Shown here in pieces: positions 10,110 through 20,269 of a stretch of DNA of 64,000 nt (within the stretch, counting starts at the first letter, position 1; every line of letters begins with the position of its first letter). The stretch comes from Phycisphaerales bacterium (GTDB lineage: Bacteria > Planctomycetota > Phycisphaerae > WQYP01). The notes beneath the pieces are model-generated. The model was given only the letters and a program-made list of their open reading frames with translations. It did not search any database and was not told where the DNA came from. A program made the position numbers and the translations under genes. The stretch lies in NCBI GenBank assembly GCA_027451365.1, contig DAIDJN010000070.1, forward strand, positions 25,138 to 89,137, read 5' to 3'.

Positions 10110-11372
10110 TTAATCCACCGGAACGTCGGTCTTCATGATTTCACCAAGAAGCACCGTCGCAAAACAACCCGGCGGCAGAGCGAAAATCAATTCCAGAAAC
10201 GGTCCAAGATCATCTGTCCCCGTATTAAGCGTCATTTCGGACGGAAAAAAACGCATCGCCCGGCGGGACCCCTTTGATTTTTCCGCGCGCGGGCTATGGA
10301 AGTCTGAAGGCTTAAGCTCCGCTTTTTCCAGCACCGTCCGTTCCATCTGGCCTGGCTCGCCTTCCGGTTCGGTCATGCGATAGCCGAACATGGGACCGGA
10401 CGGAGAAATTTCGTGGGCGTCGCACCGCGACTGTTCGACTGCGGCGTCGCTGGTGGAATTTCCCACGCGAAAAACCGCGCCAATATCATGCTTCCAGGCA
10501 AGATCGCCGGGAAGAATGGTATTGATCTGGTCCAGACGCATTGCAAGCGTTTCGTTGAAAAGATGCGCCTGAAGGGCGCTTATCAACAATCGTTTCAGGC
10601 GGATATCCACCAGCCGCATGGCCTGATCAAATTTTTTCGGATGACGGGCCAACAGACCCAGCGCCCGCCTTTCTTCGCGCAGATGACCGGGCCAATGGGT
10701 AACGGCCAAGTCCAGATTGCCATTGGCAAAATGGCGTCGGGCTTCCAGAACACCACCATGGTCCACCTGCGGATCCGGATCGCCCAGCCACCGATTAAGG
10801 AATTCTTCGCTGCGGCCCCGCAGCAGTGAAAGGCCAAGCTGATGGTTATCGCCTCGCATGCCGAAACGTTGGGGGCCGAAAAAATTGGGCACGCCAGTGG
10901 TCGCCAGCCGCTGAAGGACCGCAGTAGCCTTCTGCCCGGCATCCGCGACCGATCCACCGGCTATGGCCCATTGGTCGTTACGAATTTTGATGGTGAAATG
11001 GTTCCCCGCCAGATGACCGATTTTCAATTTGTTCTGATGGCGCGTAACTTCCAGAATCCGAATCTGGGGAAGTTCCAGCGCGGCGATACGCGTGTGCGAT
11101 TCATGTTCAATCGAAAAAGTCTGGCGGGCGACGGCCTGGGTGTCTTTCAGGCCGGCATAGCCGATCTCCATGGTTTTTCGACCCAATGCGCGAGCGATCA
11201 TGTTCACCGCACTTAGGGTGGAAATGCCACGCTTTTCAATGGTGAAATACACATGAATCCCCTGCCCGCTAGCCGGGTAGAGTGGAATTTCGCGCACGAT
11301 GAAGTCGTCCGTTTTTGTTTTAATCCGGCCGCCGGTGCCGGGAAGGTCTGCGGTAAGGTAAGGAATTGTCAT
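10110..11372 (-). CDS. truD: tRNA pseudouridine(13) synthase
   Basis: DFIVREI, YAGLKDTQAVARQ, GHLAGNHF, PNFFGPQRFG and LPPGCFAT. Confidence 0.95.
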   Translation of the reverse strand: MTIPYLTADLPGTGGRIKTKTDDFIVREIPLYPASGQGIHVYFTIEKRGISTLSAVNMIARALGRKTMEIGYAGLKDTQAVARQTFSIEHESHTRIAALELPQIRILEVTRHQNKLKIGHLAGNHFTIKIRNDQWAIAGGSVADAGQKATAVLQRLATTGVPNFFGPQRFGMRGDNHQLGLSLLRGRSEEFLNRWLGDPDPQVDHGGVLEARRHFANGNLDLAVTHWPGHLREERRALGLLARHPKKFDQAMRLVDIRLKRLLISALQAHLFNETLAMRLDQINTILPGDLAWKHDIGAVFRVGNSTSDAAVEQSRCDAHEISPSGPMFGYRMTEPEGEPGQMERTVLEKAELKPSDFHSPRAEKSKGSRRAMRFFPSEMTLNTGTDDLGPFLELIFALPPGCFATVLLGEIMKTDVPVD

Positions 11373-11705
11373 ATTTGCTCCGAAGGGACATCAGGCCTCC
11401 GCACCATTGCGGCCGCAAGTGCCAAAGTCCACCAGTGTAATGGCTTTTGCCGCCGTTCGCGCGTCTGCGGGAGTTGGCGCGCAATCCGACATGAAGCAAC
11501 AGAACATGCGGGGGCAAGAGGATCGGCCCACCGCATCCGGGGCAGCCATCTGGTCCGGCTCGATTAACGCAAAATATCCAGTGCCCATTCAGTTATGACG
11601 GCAAAAATCCCGCCGCGGACGGCTTAGGCCATGGCATAACAACCTGCCCGCAAAGGCGGCTGGCAACAGTGCTTTGCCTAACGCGCTGGTGTGACGCACA
11701 ACCGG

Positions 11706-12476
11706 CTAATGACGGGCCGCGTGCTGCAAATAGACCGCGATTAAATCATAGGTGACATGGGTGCCGACATCCACGCCAAAGCCACGAAATATAAAAATAC
11801 CGCCGAAATAAATGCCTGCGGCGGTGCGGAAGAAAAAGGTTTGCGGCGTGAACGGCTCGGCTCCGAGATAATGATACAGTGAAAACAGCACCGCCGATCC
11901 GCCGATCGCCAGAATCAGCGACCAGCCGAAGGACATCCGCAACACATCTTTCAGCAGAATTAAAAGCGTGGAAAGCAGCAGCAGGCGGAAAAGCAGCTCT
12001 TCGTAAATTCCCGCGCCAATCGAAAGTACGGCTTGCGTCTGCCATGGCTGGCCGGCGGCCGCCTGGTTTGTGCCATGAAGCGTTGCGCCATGGGCCACCA
12101 TCAACGCAAAAAAGACCACTGGCAACGACCAAAGCAGGCTTTCCCCGAACATGCCCATGTAAAGCAGTGGCTCGAAGTCCCACGGGTCTTTGCGAAAAAA
12201 ATGCCAGATCAGCAACGCAATGACCAGCGCCAGCGCGGGCAGGTAATTTCCGGCGGCACCGACGGCGGCGAAAAAACGCAGCATTAACTGAAAAGCGATC
12301 ACGATGGGTTCATTATGGTTTGGCGGAATCCATGGATGCAGGCTGATGCCGATCTGGTAAAGCGCCAGAAGCGGCAGAAGGAATATCAGACATTGCAGCG
12401 GCCGATGGGTGCGGTCCAGGTAATTTTTACCGTGTCCGATACTTATTCTTCGTGATTGTGCGCTAAGTTTCGCCAT
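11706..12476 (-). CDS. CPBP (Abi/CAAX-type) intramembrane glutamic endopeptidase
   Basis: GIYEELLFR, FSLYH and GTHVTYD motifs; multiple TM helices. Confidence 0.85.
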   Translation of the reverse strand: MAKLSAQSRRISIGHGKNYLDRTHRPLQCLIFLLPLLALYQIGISLHPWIPPNHNEPIVIAFQLMLRFFAAVGAAGNYLPALALVIALLIWHFFRKDPWDFEPLLYMGMFGESLLWSLPVVFFALMVAHGATLHGTNQAAAGQPWQTQAVLSIGAGIYEELLFRLLLLSTLLILLKDVLRMSFGWSLILAIGGSAVLFSLYHYLGAEPFTPQTFFFRTAAGIYFGGIFIFRGFGVDVGTHVTYDLIAVYLQHAARH

Positions 12477-12662
12477 CCGTGCATTCCCGGCAAAAGCCTT
12501 CCTAAATTCGGTTTGCATCATAGCAGCAGAAGGTCGGAAATGACCAGCCAGCGGCACCACGAGGCCAGACCGGCGGCGGAAATGTTTCAAATCCAGATGG
12601 AAGCCAGCGCGGGTAATCGCCGATGGATGCCAATCGCCGGTTGCCCAGGTGCCGTGCCGCGG

Positions 12663-14270
12663 TCATTGGCCATAAATATCTTCAAAGTTCTGCCGCAGCG
12701 CCGGGTAAAGAGATGCATATTTTTCCGCATGGCCGGCATAAAACGCAACGGCTTTTTTCGCGGGCCGCGCGGTCTGCCGGATTTTAATCATTTTCCGTGT
12801 TGCCGCGGGCACATCACTCCAAGCGCCTGTGCCGACTCCAGCCAGAATGGCCGCTCCAAGGGCTGCGCCTTCGCTTACATTTATGGTGACCACCGGCGCA
12901 TTGTACATATCCGCCTGAAGCTGCCGCCAGAAGGTGCTCCGCGCGCCGCCGCCGCTGGCGCGAACCTGTTTTACTGACACATTCATAGAGCGGAATATTT
13001 CAACTTGTTCGCGCATTCCCATCGTAATGCCCTCCAGCACGCTCCGGGAAATATGGGCCACGCCATGCCGCGGAGTAAGCCCGACAAAACAGCCGCGGGC
13101 ATTGGCGTCCGGATGCGGACAGCGTTCACCGGTAAGATAGGGAAGAAAGAACAGATTTTCCGCGCCGGCCGGCGCCCGTGCCGCCATATCCACAAGGTGT
13201 ATGTACAGTTCGCCGGGATCCCCGCCTTTGGCCGTGATCTTGCGCATCGCATCAGCATACAATGTATTCCGTAGCCATTGAAACGACCCGCCCGCAGACA
13301 ACATGCACCCGAACACACACCATGTATTGGGAATGGCATGGCACATCGTATGCACACGCCCCAGCGGATCTACCCGCGGTGATTCGGCGGCCGCAAAAAT
13401 AACTCCGCTGGTGCCCATGGCGGCCGAAACCAGCCCCGGCGCCACCACACCGGTACCGACCGCACCGGCGGCCTGATCGCCGGCACCGCCCACCACAGGA
13501 ATACCCTCGGGCAGACCGGTTTGCCGGGCTACCATCCGTGTGATATGGCCGGTTATTTCCTGTGACTCCACCACCGGCGGCAGCAACGTTCGATCAATGC
13601 CAAGTTTGCTTATAAGGTCGTCATGCCAGCAGCGCTGGCGCACATTTAACAGAAGTGTGCCGGATGCGTCTGAAACCTCCGACATATATTCGCCTGTCAG
13701 CCGATAGCGGATGTAATCTTTAGGCAAAAGTATGTGGCGGCATTTGGCGAATTTTGCCGGTTCATTCCGCATGAACCAGAGAATTTTGGGCGCAGTAAAA
13801 CCGGTCAGGGCCGGATTGGCCACCATTTCTATCAGGTTGTCGCGACCGCCCGCCTTTTCGGTAATTTGTCGGCACTCCTGGCCGGTGCGCTGGTCGTTCC
13901 AGAGAAGCGCGGGCCGCAACGGTTTGGCCCCTTCACCCAGAAACACGCTTCCGTGCATCTGTCCGGAAAGGCCGATGGCGGAAATTTCTGATGGCTTCAG
14001 GCCCGCCTTTTTCAGCACTTTTCTGGTGGCGGCCAAGGCGGCGACCCACCAGTTTTCCGGGTCTTGTTCGGTCCATCCGGGTTTGGGCGTAAGAAGTTCA
14101 TGTGGAGATTCGGCGGCAAAAACCGTCGCGCTTTCAGCCAGCAGCAGGGCTTTGGTGCCCGATGTGCCGATATCCAACCCCAGAAATACCTTTGCTGATG
14201 CCTTGGACGGGCGATTGGGAATTGCCACGAGTTCAGCCGTCCGGGATTTTACCATTCTGGATTTAGCCAT
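12663..14270 (-). CDS. xylB: Xylulokinase
   Basis: FLGLDIGTSGTK, GLSGQMHG, LWNDQRT, GFTAPK, GAGDQAA and PYLTGER. Confidence 0.92.
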   Translation of the reverse strand: MAKSRMVKSRTAELVAIPNRPSKASAKVFLGLDIGTSGTKALLLAESATVFAAESPHELLTPKPGWTEQDPENWWVAALAATRKVLKKAGLKPSEISAIGLSGQMHGSVFLGEGAKPLRPALLWNDQRTGQECRQITEKAGGRDNLIEMVANPALTGFTAPKILWFMRNEPAKFAKCRHILLPKDYIRYRLTGEYMSEVSDASGTLLLNVRQRCWHDDLISKLGIDRTLLPPVVESQEITGHITRMVARQTGLPEGIPVVGGAGDQAAGAVGTGVVAPGLVSAAMGTSGVIFAAAESPRVDPLGRVHTMCHAIPNTWCVFGCMLSAGGSFQWLRNTLYADAMRKITAKGGDPGELYIHLVDMAARAPAGAENLFFLPYLTGERCPHPDANARGCFVGLTPRHGVAHISRSVLEGITMGMREQVEIFRSMNVSVKQVRASGGGARSTFWRQLQADMYNAPVVTINVSEGAALGAAILAGVGTGAWSDVPAATRKMIKIRQTARPAKKAVAFYAGHAEKYASLYPALRQNFEDIYGQ

Positions 14271-14493
14271 TAAGAATACCCCTGATAAAAATCGCCAGCC
14301 AGCGACACGTTTATATGCGCGGCGAGCGAACAAACCTACCAGAGGATGGCAAACTGTCAATGCGCAAGCCGCAGGATTGCAAACAGGCGTACGATCAATA
14401 TTGTGACCTGACCATTTCAATTTCAAAATGCGCTGCGGCAGAGGCCAATGCGTGCAACGTTTGCGATAAGTCGCCCCATTTGCTGTGGCAGCG

Positions 14494-16248
14494 TCAGGCT
14501 CGCACAGTCATTGAACCTCTGATGCGCGGCGTCAGCAGCAGCAGTGAACCGGCCGACAGCAGAAGGACGGCCGTGCCAGGCTCAGGAGTGGGTGTGCCGG
14601 TAATGGACATTTGGCTCCATTGTACATCACTGCCATTGCCGCCATTATTGTTGAAATATTGTACTTGCGCCGGACCGCCAGTGGACAGGTCAATTTGGCC
14701 GGAAAAAATGACTGACTGGCCCGTAGCCGTATTTCCGGTCACACCAAGGGTGTAGTCGCCCGCACCGTCAAGCAGTTTCAATGTAAAAATGTCATCCATC
14801 CGGTAATTATAAAGAATCGCGGTGCGCTGGACGGATCCATGGATATCCGTTGACCAGTATTTTCCACCGCCAAACGTGGTCATGGCAAACAGCGTCTTTC
14901 CCGCGGCATCCAGGAGGCGCCATCCCAGATTGGAATCGGCAGTAGCAGGAGTGGCGGGCGTCAGATTGCCTGGCGCGGTTTGCCCCTTGTTCAGATTGAA
15001 ATCTGTGGTGAAGGTCTGGCCGGGAGCCAGATTATGCCCGAAATACCGCGTGGCGGTGGTGATGTTTGAATTCAGTCCGGTATCCCCGGCGGAGCCGGGA
15101 TAGACATAAATATCAAAGGCGGGTGTGGCCGCTCCAATGCCGGAATTTACCGGGCTGATGAATCCAGCACCACCACCGCCGCCACCGGTCGGGCCGGTAT
15201 AAACATATTGAACGTGCCATTGGCCAAACCCGGTGCCGCCGTCGGCCCCATTCAGGTTGCTGTTAACGGTATACAAATTATTGACATTATCTTGCGCAGA
15301 AGCGTTGCTGACGGTCGGTAGCGCGGCCTGATAAGCGCGGACATAATTTATTTTCATATCATAAGCGCCGGGGCCTGGAGTCTGGTATCCGGTGTAGCTG
15401 CCACCCACAGCCAGATTCATAATGATATAAAAAGGTTGATCAAACGGGGCATTTGTATTGCCCGCTGCGGCAGACGATGGTATCGTCCAGCCGCCGGTTT
15501 GCGTTTCATACAATTGACCATCCACATACCAGTTCATCTGCAACTGTTCCGTTCCTGGAATGGATGGATTCGGTGTCGGATTCCATTGAAGATCATAGGT
15601 GTGCCATGCCGTGGTGGTCTGCCCGGAGGGGAGCGAATACACCTGCGTCTGGGTGTTCACATAGCCGGAGTTTGAGCCGGAATGCAGGCTTCCCTGTACC
15701 TGATCGGTGGCGCTGCCTTGGGATTCCATTACATCCATTTCACCGGACTGCGGCCACGCGCCATAGGTCGAATTGGCGGGCATCATCCAGATGGCGGGCC
15801 AAAGCCCGGCACCGGCTGGCAACTGGGCGCGGAATTCAAAAAGACCATAAGTCTGGCTAAACAGGTTCTGCGTGGTAATGCGCCCGGAAGTGTAGGAAGT
15901 ACCATTGCTGCCGGCTGTTCCGATCGCCTGAATGTTCAAATTGCCGCCCGAAACGTAAACGTTTTGCGATGAATTGGTATAAGTCTCCGATTCACCATTT
16001 CCCCAACCGCCATTGTTGCCCAGATCGTATGTCCAGCCATTCAGGGCCGATGTGGTTGTAAACGTATCGTTAAAAGTCGGATTCCATTGCAGGCCGGTTG
16101 GTGCGCTGATGATCGGAACGTCTGACGCCAGCGCAATTCTGGAGGCAGATACCACGGCCAGCAGTGCGATGGGAAAAAGTGAGCCAAGATGACGATTCTG
16201 TTGCACGAGCCAACTCCAATAAATATGCCATATAAGCGGGTTAACCAA
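14494..16248 (-). CDS. GH16 (laminarinase/beta-1,3-glucanase-like) enzyme with a second beta-sandwich domain and a PEP-CTERM tail
   Basis: GWGNGESETY, YTSGRI, GLWPAIWMMP, WPQSGEMDVME (catalytic ExDxxE) and PFDQPFYIIMNLAVGG. Ends TPEPGTAVLLLSAGSLLLLTPRIR. Start uncertain. Confidence 0.88.
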   Translation of the reverse strand: MVNPLIWHIYWSWLVQQNRHLGSLFPIALLAVVSASRIALASDVPIISAPTGLQWNPTFNDTFTTTSALNGWTYDLGNNGGWGNGESETYTNSSQNVYVSGGNLNIQAIGTAGSNGTSYTSGRITTQNLFSQTYGLFEFRAQLPAGAGLWPAIWMMPANSTYGAWPQSGEMDVMESQGSATDQVQGSLHSGSNSGYVNTQTQVYSLPSGQTTTAWHTYDLQWNPTPNPSIPGTEQLQMNWYVDGQLYETQTGGWTIPSSAAAGNTNAPFDQPFYIIMNLAVGGSYTGYQTPGPGAYDMKINYVRAYQAALPTVSNASAQDNVNNLYTVNSNLNGADGGTGFGQWHVQYVYTGPTGGGGGGAGFISPVNSGIGAATPAFDIYVYPGSAGDTGLNSNITTATRYFGHNLAPGQTFTTDFNLNKGQTAPGNLTPATPATADSNLGWRLLDAAGKTLFAMTTFGGGKYWSTDIHGSVQRTAILYNYRMDDIFTLKLLDGAGDYTLGVTGNTATGQSVIFSGQIDLSTGGPAQVQYFNNNGGNGSDVQWSQMSITGTPTPEPGTAVLLLSAGSLLLLTPRIRGSMTVRA

Positions 16249-16472
16249 TCACCATCGGGATTTGGAAAATTGATCGCAGAATTCCGGTCTACGCATCTGT
16301 GGGTATCGTTGTGGACCTGTTATTAAACTACAATCGGCATCCCGCCAAAATTAGCGCCTATGGTCAAGTCTGCGGATCTTCAGGTTCATGATAAAAGCGG
16401 ATTTTCTGCGAAAATAATATAGAGGTGATAGCGGCCCAGCGCCAATGCAAAGCATGTTCGCCGGAATAGCTA

Positions 16473-16509
16473 AGAAAAAAGGATCAGACCGCATTGTGCG
16501 GTCTGATCC
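16473..16509 (-). terminator. Intrinsic terminator after the 16649-17308 gene
   Basis: 13-bp stem GGATCAGACCGCA/TGCGGTCTGATCC with an A-run on its left (U-tract on the minus strand). Confidence 0.75.
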
Positions 16510-16648
16510 AGTTATCATCCGCAGTTCGCCGACAGTCCGCGGGCAATGCTGGATTGCAGTGCCCGTGACCGCAGGAAGCGGCGTTGTAAGCTATCAGCCC
16601 TGTGCCAAGCGGGAAAATTGACGCGTAAACACGCCGGTGCCGCTGAGT

Positions 16649-17308
16649 TCAGGCCAGTCGGCGACGACGTAAGACCAGCAAGGATGCCGCGCCAATTGCC
16701 AGGATACCCAAAGAAGCAGGTTCCGGGGTCGGAGCTTGCGGGGAGAGACTGACATTATCTATATACGCGTGAGAGACCGACCCGGTGGTGGCACCGGTGA
16801 TCGCGTTAAACGATAGAAACACGGCCGATGCGCCCGTGGGAGCCGTAAAATTCTGACTGGTGAGCTGATAGCCGGCCGCGGTGCCAAAATTCGACGTGGT
16901 TGTCGGCAGGTTAATAAAGGAAGGCGAGCCTGGAAGGATGCCTCCAGTAGAGTTCATGAATTCAAACTGAGCCTGCGCAATACCTCCATTAGCACCCTGA
17001 AATTCACTGTAAAAGCTAAGCGTATATTGCGTGCCCTGGGTGACGGAACCGAACGCGGTCTGCTGAAATACGTTTGCGTTGGAAGCCTCAACGGTGTTAT
17101 TCAGATCGGCTTCGAATGATCCGCTGTATGGGTTGGTATTGTCTTGGGACGCGCCCGGGGCGTATTGCCAGTCATTGGCAGTGGGGGGCGACGTGGGAGC
17201 GGTTTCAAAACCAGGATTATTGATGATATTGGTGGCGCGGGTCATCTGGGCGCCAAAGGCAACTGCACATATCGCTGCACAAACAGAAATTGTCTTAACC
17301 AAAAACAT
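16649..17308 (-). CDS. PEP-CTERM protein with a CBM4/9-like carbohydrate-binding domain
   Basis: Signal peptide, NIINNPGFE...YTLSF...YIDNVSL, and tail TPEPASLGILAIGAASLLVLRRRRLA. Confidence 0.85.
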   Translation of the reverse strand: MFLVKTISVCAAICAVAFGAQMTRATNIINNPGFETAPTSPPTANDWQYAPGASQDNTNPYSGSFEADLNNTVEASNANVFQQTAFGSVTQGTQYTLSFYSEFQGANGGIAQAQFEFMNSTGGILPGSPSFINLPTTTSNFGTAAGYQLTSQNFTAPTGASAVFLSFNAITGATTGSVSHAYIDNVSLSPQAPTPEPASLGILAIGAASLLVLRRRRLA

Positions 17309-17571
17309 AATGATTCTCCTAACTGGAAAGATTAATAAAACAACTCAACAGGCGATCTTATCCGGCATGTACACCTCCTTTTTTTTACAGGCATGCCATG
17401 AAACTCGGCGGCCACATTGGCCGCTGTACCCGTCTGCAATTCTGATGTATTGGATTTCCCCGTCCATCAGACAGTGTGCTCGTGTTGCGCGTCGCGGGCG
17501 TTATTTCAATCTTTGGGCCGGATATGCGGCGGCATTGCCGATGGTCGCGTGAAACTCGCCTCACATGTCCG

Positions 17572-17616
17572 AAACAAAAACAGAGGAGTCGCGATCATGC
17601 GTGCAATCGCGACTCC
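17572..17616 (-). terminator. Intrinsic terminator after the 17665-18585 gene
   Basis: 11-bp stem GGAGTCGCGAT/ATCGCGACTCC followed on the minus strand by TCTGTTTTTGTTT. Confidence 0.7.
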
Positions 17617-17664
17617 CCCGGCACAAGTTGCGTTAAACCGACAAAAGACAGGTCACCACGAGCA

Positions 17665-18585
17665 TCACCGCGCCAGCTTGCGGCGAAGCAGCATGAGCGA
17701 CATTCCGCCGATTGCAAAAAGGCCAAGTGTGGCCGGTTCGGGAGTCGTGGCAAGGGGATTTGTGGAATCAAATGTCAATCCGGATACGGTGCCGTGGTCG
17801 GCATAACTGGCACCGGTGTTGTACTGCGCGACGGAAAGAGTCAGCACATCTCCGGCCTGAGCACCGGCCACATTGAAGAAGTACCAGGTGTTCTGTCCGC
17901 CTGAAAGCGTTGTGGGAAAATATATTTCCGGGTTCGCGGTCGCCGATCCACCGTTGCTATCGGAAATGGTGACTTGCGACGGGCTGTCCAGATACTGGTC
18001 TTCCAGCACACCAATATAAAGGTTTTTGGGCGCGCCAGCTCCGACGGTCATGGTGACCAGAGGTTCCGGCGTGTTGTAGGCCGTCGGTGTCGGGCCGTAA
18101 GCCACGCCAAGTTCAACGGTGTTGCTGACGGAGCCGTCACGGGCGTAAATGGCGCCGTAGCCGTAGCCTGAATCCCACTGGCTGTTCATGGCCGAGTCTG
18201 AAAGCGACAGATAGGTCGGTGTTTTGAGCAACGTGGTGGTGACCCCGCCATTTGGCGCACCGACGACGCCATTGAGCGTCATCGGGTCAAGTGCCGATGT
18301 ATAATGGGTATCACCGTTGTAGTCGTAGGAACCTGAAGCGGTACCCGTCGGAGTTGTGGCATACATCAGGTAGCCATCATGTCCATACACACTGTCCCCG
18401 GCACCGGTTGTAACGACCGGCGCGGTCCAGGTTGTGCCGTAATTGCCCGAACTGTTCGTGGGCGTGGTGGTGGTGCCGTTCATCAGGCTGACGGTTGCAG
18501 CCGACGCCACGCCAGCAGAAAGTATCATGCCCGCCGTCCCGCACGCAAGAACAATTGCCGACCGTTTTGAGAAAGAACTTTTCAT
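17665..18585 (-). CDS. PEP-CTERM surface protein (T/S/G/Y-rich, function unknown)
   Basis: GGAGG RBS, signal peptide ending ASA, and tail TPEPATLGLFAIGGMSLMLLRRKLAR. Confidence 0.88.
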   Translation of the reverse strand: MKSSFSKRSAIVLACGTAGMILSAGVASAATVSLMNGTTTTPTNSSGNYGTTWTAPVVTTGAGDSVYGHDGYLMYATTPTGTASGSYDYNGDTHYTSALDPMTLNGVVGAPNGGVTTTLLKTPTYLSLSDSAMNSQWDSGYGYGAIYARDGSVSNTVELGVAYGPTPTAYNTPEPLVTMTVGAGAPKNLYIGVLEDQYLDSPSQVTISDSNGGSATANPEIYFPTTLSGGQNTWYFFNVAGAQAGDVLTLSVAQYNTGASYADHGTVSGLTFDSTNPLATTPEPATLGLFAIGGMSLMLLRRKLAR

Positions 18586-18791
18586 GAGATGCCTCCAGAA
18601 AAAACAAACAGATACGACCTGAAACAATCACATTGATTGTTTGATAGCATTACATATGTCACGACATCCATACCGTGAAAGGCCGATTTATTACGCTGGC
18701 CGGGCACACAAGTGGCGTGACTTTCACGCCGGTGGGTCAATGGCAATCAGATGCTTGCCCCGTCGCAGGCGGGGGAAAAGCCTCTGGCTTA

Positions 18792-19760
18792 TTAAAACTC
18801 CGGTTGCCCTGTGGGCAATTGCGGGTTGATAATGTTGCGGATTTTAAGGCCCACGGCACCAGTGGCCCCGGCGGCCGCGGGGGCAGCCCCCGGAACGTTG
18901 GAATTTTCCGGAACCGCGGACACGTGACCGTCAAAAAACAGGCAGTTGGCCAACCCCATACCCTTTACCGTTGAGCCGTGGCGGTATCGGATGCCGGTCA
19001 TATTGTTGATAAAATTGGGAATGGAGCCGTTATCCGTATTGGTATTTTCCCCGGCAATCAGTCCGTCCGGAGGCACCAGATAATTGGCGTCGTTGATATA
19101 TGCCGAGGCTGGCGCGCCGGCACCTGAACCATTTTGGATAAACTCGCTCAGGATTGGCCAACAGCCTCCCCAGGTGGAGGTCTGATTGGCGTCCGCAACG
19201 GCTACTTCCGACGCGGGCGATTGCACATCCGAATAATGGAACGTGGTGAACAACTTGGAATATTGACTGGGGGCATAGGTGTCAAAATAATTCGGGTTCG
19301 CCGCATAACTTGACCAATACCATCCTTGGGGACCCCAAGCCGGGCTAAGAATGGGCCGAATGGCGGCCGAAGGACATTCAAAAGTCCCCAGAAACGCTCC
19401 GGCGCTAGAGGTGATCAGGCTCGGCGTGGCTCCGGCCGCCACCTGATTCCAGTACGTGAATGGCGACACATCGTGGGAATAGCAGAACAGTTGTATATAC
19501 CATTCATTGGGTCCGTACATCGCATAATTGGTGTCATAACTGTTGCCGTAAGGAATTGCGCCTTCATAGCTATTGGAATATTCATTGAGCAGTTGGCCGA
19601 TGCCGCGCAGGTTGGCGGCACAAACCGTGGTCATGGCTGACTGCTTCGCTTGGGCCAGCGCTGGAAGTAAAAGGGAAATCAGCAATGCAATGATGGATAT
19701 CACCACCAGGAGTTCGACCAGGGTAAACGCCCGTCGGACTTTGCGCGATAAATTCAGCAT
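18792..19760 (-). CDS. Prepilin-type N-terminal cleavage/methylation protein with an H-X9-DG motif (DUF1559-like)
   Basis: [36 protein letters not shown], and C-terminal RYRH...ANCLFFDGHV. AGGAGG RBS. Confidence 0.9.
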   Translation of the reverse strand: MLNLSRKVRRAFTLVELLVVISIIALLISLLLPALAQAKQSAMTTVCAANLRGIGQLLNEYSNSYEGAIPYGNSYDTNYAMYGPNEWYIQLFCYSHDVSPFTYWNQVAAGATPSLITSSAGAFLGTFECPSAAIRPILSPAWGPQGWYWSSYAANPNYFDTYAPSQYSKLFTTFHYSDVQSPASEVAVADANQTSTWGGCWPILSEFIQNGSGAGAPASAYINDANYLVPPDGLIAGENTNTDNGSIPNFINNMTGIRYRHGSTVKGMGLANCLFFDGHVSAVPENSNVPGAAPAAAGATGAVGLKIRNIINPQLPTGQPEF

Positions 19761-19937
19761 GACAGCACCTCCTGAAATCAAAGAAGTCAAATTCGCGGTC
19801 GGATGGTTCGGGCGCGGCAGCGAGAAACCTTTTAAGCGTACCGAATCGTGCCAACCGGCGTAACTAAACAGACCGTCAGGTGCCGCGAATTGGCACCGGT
19901 GAAACAACGTCGCAGCGACTGTGTAAACAACAGATAC

Positions 19938-19982
19938 TGCAACTGTTGCATATAGCTTAGTCCAATAAGAATCACCTGTCAA
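19938..19982 (-). promoter_or_regulatory. Sigma-70 promoter with an overlapping palindromic operator
   Basis: Minus strand TTGACA (19982-19977)-N17-TAAGCT (19959-19954). The palindrome TGCAAC-N-GTTGCA (19938-19950) covers the expected +1. Confidence 0.7.
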
Positions 19983-20269
19983 GTTTTTCTGAAAATTATT
20001 TTTCCCGGCCCGGCATTCTCCCGTCCCACCGCCCCGGATGCGCCGAATTTCGGCAACTTATTGACTCATGCCATGGTCCGCATGAGCCAGCGCCAAGTTC
20101 CCCTATTCCGGTCGGAAAACCGGCCAAATTGAAATGCCATGGCGATACCCGACCCCAAGGCACAATATAAAACTACCTTGCAACGTTCCGCCATGAGGGG
20201 TATCGTCAAGGATTGTCCGCAGGCCCAAAAAGGCCGCTTGAACCGATAGTCTATTGAATAAGGCGATAC

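Noticed and set aside
11391..11588. 65-aa ORF between truD and the CPBP gene
   Set aside because: No RBS or motif support; may be intergenic.
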